From NCBI GenBank assembly GCA_964564905.1, contig CAZMCI010000001.1, forward strand, positions 7,986-71,985: a DNA stretch of 64,000 bases, in the 5' to 3' direction. How positions within the stretch are numbered: position 1 is the stretch's first letter; each line of letters opens with the position of its first letter. Below the pieces are notes generated by a model that worked only from the letters and a program-made list of their open reading frames with translations, was not told where the DNA came from and did not search any database. Below, in pieces: positions 63,073 through 64,000 of the stretch. A program made the position numbers and the translations under genes. The DNA is from Candidatus Hadarchaeota archaeon. GTDB lineage: Archaea; Hadarchaeota; Hadarchaeia; Hadarchaeales; Hadarchaeaceae.

Positions 63073-64000
63073 TCACTCTATGAAAATCGCTGGTCGAAGG
63101 GGCACGGCCAATCTTGCCCGGTTTTGGGGATCATACCGTTTTTGGTCATCCCCCCTGAAGACCTGGACGCTGCGGGCCCCCGTCTGTTTTCTAATGAAAT
63201 CCGACGCCTCGCTCAATACTCGGAACTCATCAAATTCGATTTTAGAGATCAGCTCAAGTTCGTGTTCTGGGGTTCCCCGGAGTTCCCGGATCGCATGCTG
63301 CAGGTACTTTGAGACGTCTGATTTCTTGAGCTCCGGTCCTAGCTTTTCTTCGAGCTCGCGGAGGAGTTTTCCAAAATCCACTTTTCCCGCACGCACGTGC
63401 TCGACGGCGGTCCTGTGAGCCTTCCACTTCCAGTCTTGGGCCAGATAAAGGCACACTCTCTCCGGGCGAGTTATCCTCATCACCTTCTGTATCTTCCCGA
63501 TGTCCTGGATTACCCGCTCGATGTAACTCTCGGCCAGCTCGGCGCCAGGATCGATGAGTTCCTTATCGACCTCCGGCCATGGGGCGACCGAGATGAACTC
63601 CTTTTTGTTCATCCGGCTCCAGAGCTCCTCGCAGATGTGGGGGGTAAATGGAGCCAGCAACCTTAACCAGACGTCCAACACGCGTTTCAACACGTGGGCA
63701 CAGGTGCCAGAGTGAGAAGTTCTTTTCATGTACTTCCGCAGGTCCTGCATCACCCCGAAGAATGCGTGTTGCACAGCCTTGCGGGTCTCGAAGGAGTCCA
63801 AAGCGCGCGTCACAGCTTCAGTGCGATGTTGCAATTGACTGAGCATCCATCGTTCCGGTTGCGCAAAACTCGGTTTCTCGGCATCGGGAAGGGCGATTAT
63901 CTCCTCCGCGAGCGAGCAAAACCTCTCCAAATTCTTTTTCATCGCTGCCACTTCGCTCGCGCGCCAGTCGAGGTCCTGCCAGGGTTCCGCGACCGACATC
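63073..64000 (-). CDS. Class-I aminoacyl-tRNA synthetase, C-terminal anticodon-binding region (LeuRS-like). The gene continues beyond the window end.
   Basis: LAPFTPHICEELW motif typical of LeuRS/IleRS/ValRS anticodon-binding domains; the ORF is open to nt 64000. Confidence 0.5.
   Translation of the reverse strand, partial: MSVAEPWQDLDWRASEVAAMKKNLERFCSLAEEIIALPDAEKPSFAQPERWMLSQLQHRTEAVTRALDSFETRKAVQHAFFGVMQDLRKYMKRTSHSGTCAHVLKRVLDVWLRLLAPFTPHICEELWSRMNKKEFISVAPWPEVDKELIDPGAELAESYIERVIQDIGKIQKVMRITRPERVCLYLAQDWKWKAHRTAVEHVRAGKVDFGKLLRELEEKLGPELKKSDVSKYLQHAIRELRGTPEHELELISKIEFDEFRVLSEASDFIRKQTGARSVQVFRGDDQKRYDPQNRARLAVPLRPAIFIE

Overview
This is an archaeal chromosomal segment of roughly 55% GC. 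Gene content and order look euryarchaeal (Thermoplasmata-like).

From 26.5 to 45.3 kb there is a near-canonical ribosomal-protein superoperon on the plus strand. It runs SPOUT methylase, uL3-uL4-uL23-uL2-uS19-uL22-uS3-uL29, SUI1, Rpp29, uS17-uL14-uL24-eS4-uL5-uS14-uS8-uL6-eL32-eL19-uL18-uS5-uL30-uL15, SecY, Adk, DUF106, eL34, Cmk, eL14 and Cbf5. A tRNA-Ser and a second block (uS13-uS4-uS11-RpoD) follow.

The first 23 kb carries several functional groups:
- central metabolism: an unusual AOR-HPS fusion, panB, a glycogen-debranching enzyme with a GT4 glycosyltransferase
- translation and RNA factors: aIF5A, aCPSF1
- cell division and segregation: SepF, and a short SMC-like ATPase in operon with ScpA and a ScpB-like protein
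- ether-lipid genes: G1P dehydrogenase and a DGGGP synthase
- others: proteasome beta, an Lhr-type helicase

There are two apparent insertions:
- A 3-kb accessory island at 23.4-26.4 kb holds HEPN-like/MNT and Phd/Doc-like toxin-antitoxin pairs, three tRNA-3'-end-like fragments and an IS6-family IS with 15-bp terminal inverted repeats. It sits directly upstream of the ribosomal superoperon.
- At 50.2-52.5 kb, downstream of rpoD, an iteron array is followed by a three-gene module (MerR-HTH/HNH nuclease, ExeA-like AAA+ ATPase, sigma-region-4-like HTH). This module sits where r-protein genes (eL18/uL13/uS9) normally follow rpoD.

The window ends with a dNTP-synthesis cluster (thyX, dcd, nrdD, nrdG) with a minD-like gene embedded, a small toxin-antitoxin-like island (wHTH-Panacea, DUF434/NYN, RHH), the ADP-forming acetyl-CoA synthetase alpha/beta pair, and the 3' part of a class-I aminoacyl-tRNA synthetase gene.

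A conserved cis-element (CGGCGGTAAAGTTAAA, often preceded by a CCCTTTC-GAAAGGG palindrome) recurs upstream of sepF, psmB, minD and an uncharacterised gene divergent from the SMC-like operon. The smc-like/hypothetical and thyX/minD divergent intergenic regions are paralogous. No CRISPR array and no rRNA genes were seen.
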